DNA of 42,601 nt, from IMG/VR virus record IMGVR_UViG_3300038393_001228, positions 1 to 42,601 of that record. One strand, written 5' to 3'. The number at the start of each line of letters is the position of its first letter. Position 1 is the stretch's first letter. The notes under the pieces are model-generated. The model worked only from the letters and a program-made list of their open reading frames with translations. It was not told the origin of the DNA and ran no database searches. Below are positions 26,971-36,237 of this stretch, piece by piece. Source of the stretch: a virus (lineage: Duplodnaviria; Caudoviricetes). Position numbers and translations under genes: made by a program.

Positions 26971-27628
26971 AACGGCTGTCCTCGGTCGGTTTGTAGATGC
27001 CCGCCCATCCGCTGGCGGCGGCGTGTTCGATCAATTTTGGCGGTGGGATACCGGTCTGCAGCGAGACGCGGGCCAGATCGTCCTGAAACTTCTTCCAAGC
27101 GGAGGGCGTGTTCCCGGCTCGTTTGCGACGCCGGTTGCTCAGCAGATCAGACCAGACTTGAGAAGAAACCCCAACCGGACAGGCCCACGGGCGCGGTGAG
27201 GAACCTTTAGGTTCCGAACTTATCTTCTTAACTTCTTCTCTTTCTTGTTCTGTGCCTTGCCCCTGCCTTGCCCCTGCCTCGTCCAGTGCCTCACGACCAA
27301 CGCCGCGAGCCTGATATTCCTCGTATTTACAGATGGTTACGATTGCCACTCCTGCCTCACAGACAACCTCGACCATTGCCTCGGCCCTGAGGCGTTTCCA
27401 CAAGCGCTCAACCCACGCCTTATCGCGGTCGAGAGCGCGGGCCATGTCGCGCTGCGACACCGCGAGTTGCCCGCGATTCAGGGACAGAATGCGCTCTTTG
27501 TAGCGGACACGGGTCGGCTGCCATGCGGCCTTTGCTACTAGCCACGCGAACGCCATCGCCTCAGCATCGTTGCGGAACGCCGGATGCTCGCTGATGAGCG
27601 ATCGGTAGAGGCGAACGTAGCCGCTCAT
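26888..27628 (-). CDS. Replication initiator (lambda O-like)
   Basis: MSGYVRLYRSL...LNRGQLAVSQRDMA...VTICKYEEYQ...W.GIY, with internal repeats. Confidence 0.8.
   Translation of the reverse strand: MSGYVRLYRSLISEHPAFRNDAEAMAFAWLVAKAAWQPTRVRYKERILSLNRGQLAVSQRDMARALDRDKAWVERLWKRLRAEAMVEVVCEAGVAIVTICKYEEYQARGVGREALDEAGARQGQGTEQEREEVKKISSEPKGSSPRPWACPVGVSSQVWSDLLSNRRRKRAGNTPSAWKKFQDDLARVSLQTGIPPPKLIEHAAASGWAGIYKPTEDSRYEPSDANPTGTAFARVAAAIRGGGSAG
27215..27385. repeat. Putative replication origin (iterons plus pyrimidine/AT-rich tract) inside the initiator gene
   Basis: Repeated TGCCT(C/T) units including tandem CTTGCCCCTGC, next to CTTATCTTCTTAACTTCTTCTCTTTCTTGTTCT. Confidence 0.55.
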
Positions 27629-28164
27629 TCGCCAATCACCGCTTGGACAGCCAGCAGGGCCGTAACGGTCTCATGGTGCCGCTCCTCAATGCGCGTCTCG
27701 ATCTCGCGCACCGCGTGAATCAATGTCGTGTGATCCTTGCCGCCGAAGTGGAAGGCGATGTCGAGATATGGCACCGCCAAGCGTTTACGGGCGACGTAAA
27801 TAGCGACCTGGCGGGGCCGAGAGACGCGATAGGACTTGTCCGGCCCCATCAACTCGGTCACGGTGATATTGAAGTGCCGCGCGACAATTTCCTGAACCTG
27901 AATGATACGGGGATCGATCACTCGGTGCTTGACGAGGCCGTGAACCCGTCTCCTTATCGGTTTTGCTGCGACTACCTCGCGCGGCTTGAAGATCGGCTTG
28001 CCGGGCGGCGCGAAGCTGCCCCGCCCCTGGGCGCGCAAAATCGCGTCTCGGAGTCTTATGGATCCCTGGATAGCGCGATCGCGGTCGTTCCCCTGACGCA
28101 TGAAGTCGCCAAGCGGCGCGGCGTTTTGATCCAGCCCCTTAGGCTCCAAATGGGCGGCAATCAC
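27625..28164 (-). CDS. Protein with DnaA domain IV-like HTH
   Basis: IQEIVARHFNITVTELMG...RPRQVAIY...IAFHFGGKDHTTLIHAVREIE. Confidence 0.85.
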   Translation of the reverse strand: MIAAHLEPKGLDQNAAPLGDFMRQGNDRDRAIQGSIRLRDAILRAQGRGSFAPPGKPIFKPREVVAAKPIRRRVHGLVKHRVIDPRIIQVQEIVARHFNITVTELMGPDKSYRVSRPRQVAIYVARKRLAVPYLDIAFHFGGKDHTTLIHAVREIETRIEERHHETVTALLAVQAVIGE

Positions 28165-28382
28165 TTCGCTGAATCCTCCGGCATGTGCTTGACCATTTCC
28201 GCCTCGACCTGGGCCTCTGAAAATCCGCCGTAAGTTGTGGCGATGTGGGCGGGACGAATGCGGTCGAGAGCGTTCATGCTCGCCATGAACTCGATGAACC
28301 TGATGGTGTGGGCGCGGCGGGCCTCGATCGGATAGGCGGTGCCGTGCGGGTTGCTGCGCTCAGGGGTGGCGTTGTTGCTCAC
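28161..28382 (-). CDS. Hypothetical protein
   Basis: Coupled ORF in the early-left operon. Confidence 0.5.
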   Translation of the reverse strand: MSNNATPERSNPHGTAYPIEARRAHTIRFIEFMASMNALDRIRPAHIATTYGGFSEAQVEAEMVKHMPEDSAK

Positions 28383-28684
28383 TGGGCCATGTCCGCGAAC
28401 TGCGGCAGACGCAGCATAACCAGCGTCTCCCCGCGATCCTGCTTGAGGATCAGAAAGTCATGGTCGCCTAGTGCATTGACGATCCAGTCGGGAAGCGACT
28501 TGCGGGACTTGCACTCGCCCTTGAGCCTCTGCCCCCAGCCCGTGGTTAGGCAAAGGTCGCCCTTCTCGCGGCCGGCGCCGGAAAGCGGGACGCGGTAGCA
28601 TTCTAGACCGCGCTCCTGGAAATACAGGCGCGTCGAGTTTTCGAGCCTGTAGCCCTTCTGTGCTGGCGCTCTCCCCCCGGCCAC
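28379..28684 (-). CDS. Hjc-like Holliday junction resolvase (PD-(D/E)xK)
   Basis: KGYRLE...RVPLSGA...GD...ECK motif. Confidence 0.7.
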   Translation of the reverse strand: MAGGRAPAQKGYRLENSTRLYFQERGLECYRVPLSGAGREKGDLCLTTGWGQRLKGECKSRKSLPDWIVNALGDHDFLILKQDRGETLVMLRLPQFADMAQ

Positions 28685-28816
28685 GTCAGCTTATCCCAGC
28701 AAACGAGAGAACGTAGCGGGCAAACAGAACGATCAGGACGCACGCCCAAACCGTGACGGCCGATCCGGTTAGGAAGGCGAGAAAGAGGAGATACGCGGAC
28801 GCAACACGCTTGAGGA

Positions 28817-29011
28817 TCATGCCCCCAAACCCCTGCATTGCGCGCACGTTTCCCAATCGAGAACGCCGTGCTCGCAAGGGGCCATTCCCCGTATCCAGCT
28901 CTCGCGCTGCGCCGCCAGTTCCTCAGCCTCAAGCTTGGCGCGTTGCTCGGGCGGCATGGCATCTCGCTCAGCCTTAATACGGGCCATGATTGCTCGGATT
29001 TCGTCGCTCAT
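28817..29011 (-). CDS. Hypothetical protein with C-terminal Cys/His cluster
   Basis: CEHG...CAQC. ATGA coupling. Confidence 0.5.
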   Translation of the reverse strand: MSDEIRAIMARIKAERDAMPPEQRAKLEAEELAAQRESWIRGMAPCEHGVLDWETCAQCRGLGA

Positions 29012-29466
29012 GCGCGTAGCCTCACAACCTTACGGTCGAGCAGCGCTTGCTCACCGGGGCCAATGTCGCGGCCAGCTTCGCTTTCCGGATGGTGCGCCTG
29101 ATCCTTCGTTGCGATGAAATCCCGGCAACCGGCGGAGAACTCGTCGTAATCAATGCCGGAAGGAACGCGGACAACCGCGAATCCCTCGGGGCAGAGAAGG
29201 TTGAGCAAGTCGTCGGGAATGGCGCCGCACAGGCTGTAAACGGCACCTACCGGCATCTCGCACGGCTTGCGCTCAACGCTTCCGTTTTCGTTGCCAGGGA
29301 AGTATGAGCAGAGCGTCGAATACGGGATGCCGCTGTCGAAGCTGACGGCCTTGAGGCTGATGCCCCGGCGGTCGAGTTCGCGGCGGATCGCGCGTTGTCG
29401 GTCGCGCATGATATTGGATGCGTCACGCATGATGTTGCGCCTCCGTTCCGTTAGTTGCTGCGTCAT
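29008..29466 (-). CDS. HTH regulator (CII position)
   Basis: ISLKAVSFDSGIPYSTLCSYF HTH and HHPES motif, downstream of cro. Confidence 0.6.
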   Translation of the reverse strand: MTQQLTERRRNIMRDASNIMRDRQRAIRRELDRRGISLKAVSFDSGIPYSTLCSYFPGNENGSVERKPCEMPVGAVYSLCGAIPDDLLNLLCPEGFAVVRVPSGIDYDEFSAGCRDFIATKDQAHHPESEAGRDIGPGEQALLDRKVVRLRA

Positions 29467-29726
29467 GGAAATCGTCAGGAACCGCAGGCCACTCGCTGTT
29501 GGCCCAATCGTCGCCAGATTGTTCCCTGAGCTTCTGCGCGAGTTCGGGAGCGACGATACGCACCCACACTCGACCGATGAGGAAAGCGAATGTGATCGCG
29601 CCAGTGGCGATTACGAGGCCAGTGATGATCTGATCCCCCGCCACGGCTATGTTTCCGCCGTCAAAGGAATGCGGAGCGAGTCAGGGGTTGCTCGCTCCGC
29701 TGCGGCGCGGGAGTTGTGCGCCGACA

Positions 29727-29936
29727 TTATGCTGTCAGTCTAAGCGGCTTCCGGGGGAAGTCGCTCGTGGACAAGGGGATGCTCTTCTCGACCGCTAGTC
29801 TCAGCAGCGCAGATTGGCGCCACGTGGGGATGCTGTTCTTCAGCCCCCACGAACTCACCGTGGTAAAGGGCAGCCCCAGATCGCGGGCCACTTGCATTAC
29901 TCCGCCCAGGCGCTGAATGATGTCTGCGGCAGTCAT
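29727..29936 (-). CDS. cro: Cro-like repressor
   Basis: IIQRLGGVMQVARDLGLPFTTVSSW...IP, divergent from cI. Confidence 0.85.
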   Translation of the reverse strand: MTAADIIQRLGGVMQVARDLGLPFTTVSSWGLKNSIPTWRQSALLRLAVEKSIPLSTSDFPRKPLRLTA

Positions 29937-29942
29937 GGTGCG

Positions 29943-29991
29943 TCCCTACGCTGATCGTAGGGTTACGTCAAGCGGCTTTACGAAGTCCGTT
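29943..29991 (-). promoter_or_regulatory. pR-like promoter with two operators
   Basis: Minus-strand TTGACG at 29966-29971. Operators TACG-CTGAT-CGTA (29947-29959) and TACG-AAGTC-CGTT (29979-29991). Confidence 0.65.
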
Positions 29992-30027
29992 GTTTACGCG
30001 AGTTACGGTCTTCGGCAACCCGGAGCG

Positions 30028-30453
30028 GTGCTCGATACTCAAACACTGCTGGCCAGGCTGGCCGACAAGAAGATTCGGAACGCGGACATCGCGCGGGCGC
30101 TAGGCTTGCCCGACTCACGCATACCCGAAATCAAAGATGGCCGTCGGGCTCTGAAACTTGATGAGGCGGCAAAGCTAGTCCGAGCCTTCCAACTGGAAGA
30201 AGATGCGCCGCCTCTGCCGACCCCAATAATACGACTGGTTGTGCGCTATATTGCGGACGAGCTGGGCGCTCGGCCTCAAGAGCAGCGCCTTGAAGACTTG
30301 TCAGAAGACGTGAGAGCATTCGCTGCGTTCGTTGCGAATCCGAAGGTCCGGCGATCGATTGAAGCAGCAGAGGGATTTTTTGAGGCTCTTCGCCTTCGCA
30401 AACCGACAGATAGAGGAGTTCGGTCAGAAACCGATCCCGATCACGCCCACTAA
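30028..30453 (+). CDS. cI: CI-like HTH repressor (no S24 peptidase domain seen)
   Basis: IRNADIARALGLPDSRIPEIKDGRRALKLDEA HTH, divergent from cro. Confidence 0.75.
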   Translation: MLDTQTLLARLADKKIRNADIARALGLPDSRIPEIKDGRRALKLDEAAKLVRAFQLEEDAPPLPTPIIRLVVRYIADELGARPQEQRLEDLSEDVRAFAAFVANPKVRRSIEAAEGFFEALRLRKPTDRGVRSETDPDHAH

Positions 30454-30595
30454 ACTGTTCTCGTTTCGTTCTCACGCTAGCCACCCCGCTACTCGCCCTT
30501 CGAGCGAAGGGCAAGGGTCGGCCACAATTCGGCCAATCGCTAGATGACGTGAAGATGGTTAATGGGACCTTACTGCTTTGTCATGATTTCACTCC

Positions 30596-30636
30596 TACGA
30601 TTTTCGTTTGACAAGACGTTACGGTGGGCGTAGTAA
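30596..30636 (+). promoter_or_regulatory. pL-like promoter with two operators
   Basis: TTGACA-17-TAGTAA overlapped by TACG-ATTTT-CGTT (30596-30608) and TACG-GTGGG-CGTA (30620-30632). Confidence 0.75.
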
Positions 30637-30672
30637 CTGCCCCACGGCACACAGCCGACAGGAGCAGATCAA

Positions 30673-31587
30673 GTGGCGAACGAGCAATATCCGATCAAGA
30701 ATCGCTGGTCCGGCGAAGTTATGTTCACCGCCGAGATCACTTGTTCTCCGGATGCTCTGCCAAGCGTGAAACTAGGGCTGGCCGTAAAGGCTGCTCTTAA
30801 AGCGCGTGCCGACCTCGCGGGTGCCAACCTCGCGGGTGCCGACCTCGCGGATGCCAACCTCGCGGGTGCCGACCTCGCGGGTGCCTACCTCGCGCGTGCC
30901 AACCTCGCGGGTGCCTACCTCGCGCGTGCCAACCTCGCGCGTGCCAACCTCGCGGGTGCCGACCTCGCGGGTGCCTACCTCGCGCGTGCCAACCTCGCGG
31001 GTGCCTACCTCGCGGGTGCCTACCTCGCGGGTGCCGACCTCGCGGGTGCCAACCTCGCGGGTGCCAACCTCGCGGATGCCAACCTCGCGGGTGCCGACCT
31101 CGCGGGTGCCTACCTCGCGCGTGCCTACCTCGCGGGTGCCGACCTCGCGGGTGCCAACCTCGCGGGTGCCAACCTCGCGGATGCCAAAGGCTTCATTCCC
31201 GAGCGGACAACGCATTTGGCGTCTCTCAAATTCATGCCCGTCGTTCACGCCTTCAAGGTCGTGAATGAGCGCGGCGAAGGCCACATCAACGGCGGTCTGA
31301 AATACAAGATCGGCAAGCGCGTTTCGGTCAAGAATGCCGACACCGACCCGAACGAAATGTGCTCGGCTGGCATTCATGTGGCCGATCTGCCTTGGTGCCT
31401 TAAAGAATGGCGCGAAGGCTACCGCATCCTTCTGATCGAGCACACGAATGCGGACATTGCCTGCATTCCGTTGGGCACTGACGGCAAATACCGCCTGCAT
31501 GGCTGCACGCCGGTCAAGGATATCACCGACAAGCTGCGTGAATGCGGAGCGCTCCCCGCGCTTCAGGTTGAGAAGGCCGCGGCATGA
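30673..31587 (+). CDS. Pentapeptide-repeat protein with C-terminal globular domain
   Basis: 25 A(D/N/Y)LA(G/R/D) repeats. C-terminal CSAGIH...DGKYR domain. Confidence 0.9.
   Translation: MANEQYPIKNRWSGEVMFTAEITCSPDALPSVKLGLAVKAALKARADLAGANLAGADLADANLAGADLAGAYLARANLAGAYLARANLARANLAGADLAGAYLARANLAGAYLAGAYLAGADLAGANLAGANLADANLAGADLAGAYLARAYLAGADLAGANLAGANLADAKGFIPERTTHLASLKFMPVVHAFKVVNERGEGHINGGLKYKIGKRVSVKNADTDPNEMCSAGIHVADLPWCLKEWREGYRILLIEHTNADIACIPLGTDGKYRLHGCTPVKDITDKLRECGALPALQVEKAAA
30808..31182 (+). repeat. 15-bp tandem repeat x25, GCC(G/A/T)ACCTCGCG(GGT/CGT/GAT)
   Basis: Read directly from the sequence. Confidence 0.95.
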
Positions 31588-31793
31588 CCCGCCAACCTTT
31601 CGTCCGCCCGATCCCGGTCGAGCATCTTCATGCCCTGATCGACGCGCAGGGCTATCGCATCGTCCACCCGGCCCCGCCCGAGATCATCGCTGCGGCCGAG
31701 CTGTCGGACTGGGAACTCAACACACTGGATCGTGCCGGTTTCCGGCTGACCATTTGGGAACGGGTTGGGCTGTTCCTGAAGAGCTTTGCTTGA
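31584..31793 (+). CDS. Hypothetical protein
   Basis: ATGA coupling. Confidence 0.5.
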   Translation: MTRQPFVRPIPVEHLHALIDAQGYRIVHPAPPEIIAAAELSDWELNTLDRAGFRLTIWERVGLFLKSFA

Positions 31794-31816
31794 GCCTTAC
31801 TGGGAGAGGATTTGGA

Positions 31817-32416
31817 ATGGCAACGGTTGCAGAAATTCTTGAGCGCTGGGACTCGAACGAGGGAAAACCCTACAAGGGCTCGTTGATCGACTTCAAGGCA
31901 TACGAGGCCGACAAGTCCAACATCGGTTGCATGTGTGCGCAGGGCCAAGTCCTGCACCTGATCGGCGGGTGGTCGCCGACCAAGCTGCGCGGCACGGCGC
32001 AAGAAGAGGCTGACCGCGAAACCGCCAAGCTGCTCAACATTTCCAGAGCACATTCCATCCTCTTGCGCAGCATAAACGACAAGGCGGACGGCGCGCCTTC
32101 GATTGTCTTGACGCACCCTGAAAAGGTGCTCGGCGATCAGGCGAAAACCGTCCTCGCGTTCTGGCTTCATCTTGACCGGATGAAGGCCGGGGATTGGAAG
32201 AAGAGGGTGGCCGCCGCTTGGGCCGCCGCTGGGGCCGCCGCTAGGGACGCCGCTAGGGACGCCGCTAGGAACGCCGCTGGATATGCCTGTTCCGAAATCC
32301 AGGGCGCCCGCCTCATGCGCGAACGCGGACAGCCGTTCTTCTTCCTGCCGATGGTTGGTTTCTCCGATCCCGAAAGCATTCCGGCGCTTCCGGCTGACTA
32401 CGGGGTCGCCCAATGA
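31817..32416 (+). CDS. Hypothetical protein with Ala-rich 12-bp repeat (AAWA/AARD)
   Basis: GAGGA RBS, CMCAQG motif and a tandem GCCGCTNGGGNC run at about 32212-32280. Confidence 0.7.
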   Translation: MATVAEILERWDSNEGKPYKGSLIDFKAYEADKSNIGCMCAQGQVLHLIGGWSPTKLRGTAQEEADRETAKLLNISRAHSILLRSINDKADGAPSIVLTHPEKVLGDQAKTVLAFWLHLDRMKAGDWKKRVAAAWAAAGAAARDAARDAARNAAGYACSEIQGARLMRERGQPFFFLPMVGFSDPESIPALPADYGVAQ

Positions 32417-32710
32417 CCCGCACCTGCATCACAATCGCGATCTTCGTAGCCTCTTACTTTGCTCTGCAATTTGTGAGGGTGATGTGAGCTGGCGCAAGTT
32501 CGCGACTGTCGAATGTCCGGCCTGCGGTGCGCGGGTTGGAGAGCAATGCAGGACCGCCTCTGGCCGCGCCGCTGTAGCCATTGCTGCCATGTTCATCTGG
32601 ATCGCTTTCGGGACGTTTTGCACTCTCGTAGCTCACAACCTCGTTGCCGCATGGGGATGCATCGTCTGCGTCAATGTGTGGTCCGCAGCGAATTACATTC
32701 GTGGTGCAGC

Positions 32711-32917
32711 ATGAGCGGGCGCTGCCTTCATTGCGGTGAGCCGAACTGCCGCATCTGCGAATACCTCGAAGAGCCGGACGGCACGATGTGCCAAAGGTGC
32801 AACGACCAGCCTGCAATCGAAGACGAAACGCTGTGCATCTACTGCGATAGGTTGCTGAGTAAACAGGTTGAGAGGGAGCTTAGGTTTACTGTTAAGCAGC
32901 AGCGGAGGGTCGCATGA
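32711..32917 (+). CDS. Small Cys-rich (zinc-finger-like) protein
   Basis: CLHC, CRIC, CQRC and CIYC. ATGA coupling at both ends. Confidence 0.55.
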   Translation: MSGRCLHCGEPNCRICEYLEEPDGTMCQRCNDQPAIEDETLCIYCDRLLSKQVERELRFTVKQQRRVA

Positions 32918-33426
32918 CTGGGCGTTCCCCTTCGGGTCGGGCTGGTCGTCCTACGGACCAAGCCCCTACGGGTCTTGGCGATACCGCGACCATCCCTAAC
33001 GCACCGCGTTGGCGGCTGTGGGCCGTTATTCCATTCATCGCTGTCGGGTGTGGTGTGATGCTCTTTGTCAGCGTCCTCCGGGAACTGCTCGGTGGAGTTC
33101 ACCACGCGCTCTTGGCTATGCTCGAATGGCTTGCCTCCTTGGCGGGGCTTCCGAGGACGCAGCCGCGCGCCAACGATGAGGTTCCGAGCATCAAGGCGGA
33201 CGTTGCTGAGGATGCCTTTCGCGAGGCACTGAGGCGCTACCCCGAGGCCGAGCGCGGGCTTGTCTTTCTCTATGGCGCAAGCGGCCTTGGCCAGCGGATG
33301 CCGACCGAAAAGCAATTGGCATGGGCGCGCGAGAAAGCGTCAGCGATCGAAGCCCGTAGGGCCGGAACCGCGAAGGCGGGTCCGGTTCACGAGAGCGCGA
33401 CCCGTCAGGGGGACGCCCGTGACTGA
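32914..33426 (+). CDS. Hypothetical membrane protein whose N- and C-termini are encoded by repeat copies 1 and 2
   Basis: One TM segment. The ORF spans both inverted repeats. Confidence 0.45.
   Translation: MTGRSPSGRAGRPTDQAPTGLGDTATIPNAPRWRLWAVIPFIAVGCGVMLFVSVLRELLGGVHHALLAMLEWLASLAGLPRTQPRANDEVPSIKADVAEDAFREALRRYPEAERGLVFLYGASGLGQRMPTEKQLAWAREKASAIEARRAGTAKAGPVHESATRQGDARD
32920..33002 (-). repeat. Structured repeat copy 1
   Basis: Reverse complement GCGTTAGGGATGG...CCAAGAC-CCGTAGGG-GCTTGG...AGCCCGACCCGAAGGGGAACGCCC. Confidence 0.8.
33337..33418 (+). repeat. Structured repeat copy 2
   Basis: GCGTCAGCGATCGAAGCCCGTAGGG-CCGGAAC...GTCCGG-TTCACGAGAGCGCGACCCGTCAGGGGGACGCCC. Confidence 0.85.
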
Positions 33427-33465
33427 AACTAGTCCAGTAGGCAACGGAACCGATCGGGTGGCGAT

Positions 33466-33801
33466 GTGAGCGTTTACGTCGATGGCGAGCGCAACGAATT
33501 CGGTCGGATGGTGATGTGCCACATGTGGGCCGACACCCTTGCTGAGCTCCACCAGATGGCTGATGCGATCGGCATGAAGCGGGAGTGGTTTCAGCCACTA
33601 TCGTTTCCTCATTACGACGTGAGCCTGTCTCGACGCGCTGTCGCGGTTGAGCTTGGGGCTGTCCAGGTCGGACGACGCGAAGGCAGCGAAATCAGAAAGC
33701 GCATCTTTGCGCGGGGTTTCAGCGATGCCGAGCTTGCGGAGATACGCGCCGCCATCCCCGCTTACGACGCCAAGCGCAAACGGAGGCAGCATAATGCGTA
33801 A
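33466..33801 (+). CDS. DUF4031 family protein
   Basis: VYVD...MCHMWADTLAELH..A..IG.KREWFQ...PHYDV...R..AV..GA. Confidence 0.85.
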   Translation: MSVYVDGERNEFGRMVMCHMWADTLAELHQMADAIGMKREWFQPLSFPHYDVSLSRRAVAVELGAVQVGRREGSEIRKRIFARGFSDAELAEIRAAIPAYDAKRKRRQHNA

Positions 33802-33869
33802 CCCTTTCCAATATGATTTGGGGGAGAGTGTGAGGGGCAGTGATGTAGCTGACTTCTGCGACCTCATTT

Positions 33870-33956
33870 GGGCGAACGCTTCGCGCCGCGCGGTCGCGGC
33901 TTCGCCGTCTAGCCACTCTTCGGTGTCTAGCCCCTCCGGGCTTCCATCGCTTTCGC
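33870..33956 (-). repeat. Structured repeat copy 3
   Basis: Reverse complement GCGAAAGCGATGGAAGCCCGGAGGGG-CTAGAC...GCTAG...GCGCGGCGCGAAGCGTTCGCCC. Confidence 0.8.
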
Positions 33957-34005
33957 AATCCACCAGGGAAGGGGCGGAACCTAACAAGACCGCCCCTCGC
34001 AATTC

Positions 34006-34779
34006 GTGACCACGCAAGTGCAAACTGTCGAGAAGATCATCGAGGATGGTGGTGTTCAAACGCTCAACGGCGGCATCCTCAATGTGATCGCCCGCGCCGC
34101 TGCCGACCCGAAGACCGACGTGGACAAGCTCGAGCGCCTTCTGGCGATGCAAGAGCGTGTCATGGAGCGCGAGGCTAAGCTGGCGTATGAAACCGCCATG
34201 CGGGCCGCGCAGGAGGAAATCCGGCCCGTCCTTAAAAACCGCAAGAACCCGGAAACCAAGTCCACCTACGCGGATCTAGAGCAGATCAGCGACTTGGCCG
34301 ACCCGATCATCCACAGTCACGGCTTTTCCCTATCTTATGGGACGGCTGATTGCCCACTCGCAAATCACTACCGCGTAACATGCGAAGTGTCGCACTCTGG
34401 CGGGTATAGCAAGGATCACCAGGCCGACGTGCCGATTGATAATGTCGGGCCAAAAGGGACGCAGAATAAGACCAACACGCACGGGTTCGGCTCCGCGCTC
34501 AGCTACGGTCGCCGCTACCTCAAGGTTCTCATTTTCGACATCAAGATGACCGATGATGACGGGCGCGCTGCGGGGCGTGGCGGGCCAGTCAACAAGCAGC
34601 AACTGGAGGTTCTGAACGGCCTCTGCGATGCGGTCGGCGCCGACAAGATCGCCTTCTGCAAATACCTCAAGATCGCCTCTCTGAGCGAATTAGCCGCGGC
34701 CGATTACAACGACGCGGTTCACGTTCTGAAGCAGAAGAATCCGGACGCCGCACGTAACTATCTGACGGCGGGCAAGTGA
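34006..34779 (+). CDS. erf: ERF-family single-strand annealing protein
   Basis: DKLERLLAMQER, YADLEQI, HGFSLSY and GSALSYGRRY. Confidence 0.85.
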   Translation: MTTQVQTVEKIIEDGGVQTLNGGILNVIARAAADPKTDVDKLERLLAMQERVMEREAKLAYETAMRAAQEEIRPVLKNRKNPETKSTYADLEQISDLADPIIHSHGFSLSYGTADCPLANHYRVTCEVSHSGGYSKDHQADVPIDNVGPKGTQNKTNTHGFGSALSYGRRYLKVLIFDIKMTDDDGRAAGRGGPVNKQQLEVLNGLCDAVGADKIAFCKYLKIASLSELAAADYNDAVHVLKQKNPDAARNYLTAGK

Positions 34780-35429
34780 TGGAGATATTTACTTGCGAAC
34801 AGGGGTCGGATGAGTGGGTCCAGGCCCGCCTCGGCATCCCGACAGCCTCCGAGTTCCACACCATCATGGCGAAGGGCCGTGACGGCGGGGACAGCAAGAC
34901 GCGACGCACATACATGCTCAAGCTGGTTGGGGAAATCCTGACCGGCGAGCAGATGGAAGGTTACTCCAACCATCACATGGAGCGTGGCAAGGTGATGGAG
35001 GATGAGGCCCGCAGCCTCTACGCCTTCATGAAAGACGTTGAGCCGCAGTGCGTAGGCTTCATCCGCAACGGCAACAAGGGATGCAGCCCGGACTCACTGG
35101 TCGGAACGGACGGCGCGGCCGAAATCAAAACCAAGCTTCCACACCTCCAGGTTGATTGCCTGTTGGGCGGTCGCGTTCCACCTGAACACGTCGCCCAGTG
35201 CCAAGGCGTCCTGTGGGTAGCCGAGCGCGAGTGGATCGACTTCGTTTCATATTGGCCGAAGCTCCCGCTCCACGTCCACCGCTCACACCGCGACGAAGAG
35301 TATATCGCGAAGCTCGCGAGCGCCGTGGATCAGTTCAACGAGGAGCTGGCGGAAATGGTGGAGCGGGTCCGCGCCCACGGCGGCGACAACCTACGCAATG
35401 AACTCAAGGCATCTCTGGAGGCAGCATAA
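34776..35429 (+). CDS. YqaJ/lambda-exonuclease family protein
   Basis: [27 protein letters not shown] and QCQGVLWV. Confidence 0.9.
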   Translation: MMEIFTCEQGSDEWVQARLGIPTASEFHTIMAKGRDGGDSKTRRTYMLKLVGEILTGEQMEGYSNHHMERGKVMEDEARSLYAFMKDVEPQCVGFIRNGNKGCSPDSLVGTDGAAEIKTKLPHLQVDCLLGGRVPPEHVAQCQGVLWVAEREWIDFVSYWPKLPLHVHRSHRDEEYIAKLASAVDQFNEELAEMVERVRAHGGDNLRNELKASLEAA

Positions 35430-35854
35430 TGGCATCCGTCAACAAGGTTATTCTCGTCGGCAATCTCGGGGCCGATCCCGAAGCCCGCTCGCTCAACAAT
35501 GGTGGCGAGGTCGTCAACATGCGGGTCGCCACCAGCGAGTCGTGGAAAGACGGCGACGGCAACCGCAAGGAGCGCAGCGAGTGGCACAACGTGGTCATCT
35601 TCAACGAGAACTTGGGCAAGGTAGCGAAGAGCTATCTCCGCAAGGGCTCGAAGGTTTACCTCGAAGGCCAGCTGCAGACGCGCAAGTGGACCGACCAATC
35701 CGGCAACGACAAATACACCACTGAGGTCGTCCTACAGCGGTTCCGGGGCGAGCTTGTGCTGCTGGATAGCAAGGGCGGTGGTGAGGCTCGCGGAACGTCC
35801 GAAGACCGGGGCGTGTTCGCGGGAACGACGGCGGATGACGAAATTCCGTTTTGA
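35429..35854 (+). CDS. ssb: Single-stranded DNA-binding protein
   Basis: [16 protein letters not shown]...EWHNV...EGQLQTRKW with a DDEIPF tail. Confidence 0.97.
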   Translation: MASVNKVILVGNLGADPEARSLNNGGEVVNMRVATSESWKDGDGNRKERSEWHNVVIFNENLGKVAKSYLRKGSKVYLEGQLQTRKWTDQSGNDKYTTEVVLQRFRGELVLLDSKGGGEARGTSEDRGVFAGTTADDEIPF

Positions 35855-36237
35855 TGTTCTCACCCCGCGCCATAAAGCCGCGTAGGCAAAACTCGCACAG
35901 AGCTGACGAGTTCAAGCGCTGCCCAGCCTTCCTCCAATGGTTGCGCGGTCGGCCTTGCTACCTCGCGATTCATGTCCCCGGACACCAGTGCTGGGGCAAG
36001 GTGCGGGCCTGCCACTTCGATCCGTGGGGTGACAAGGGCGCTGGCACGAAGGTCTCGGATAACGCCTGTATGCCCATGTGTGACGGGGCGCATGATGAGC
36101 AAACGACGCGCTTAGGCTGGCCCAAGTTCCAGGCGAAATACAAGTTCGACGGGCGCGATGTCGTCAGCCGCTATTGGCTGGAGTGGCTTCACAACACGCC
36201 AATGGGCGCAAGCTGGAGGGCCAAGCAAGATGCATAA
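35851..36237 (+). CDS. HNHc-like/DUF968-type putative nuclease
   Basis: [10 protein letters not shown]...ACH...GTKVSD...PMC..AHDEQ. Confidence 0.65.
   Translation: MMFSPRAIKPRRQNSHRADEFKRCPAFLQWLRGRPCYLAIHVPGHQCWGKVRACHFDPWGDKGAGTKVSDNACMPMCDGAHDEQTTRLGWPKFQAKYKFDGRDVVSRYWLEWLHNTPMGASWRAKQDA

Noticed and set aside
30808-31182. 15-bp array as a CRISPR or DGR-type repeat
   Set aside because: The units are contiguous with no spacers and lie in frame in a coding pentapeptide repeat. No cas or reverse transcriptase gene is present.
32212-32280. 12-bp GCCGCTNGGGNC repeat as a regulatory array
   Set aside because: It is an in-frame Ala-rich low-complexity repeat of a kind common in phage proteins.
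32915-33425. TGACTG on both sides of repeat pair 1/2 as a target duplication
   Set aside because: It is offset by a base and overlaps the element end, and no duplication is seen at the other two pairs.
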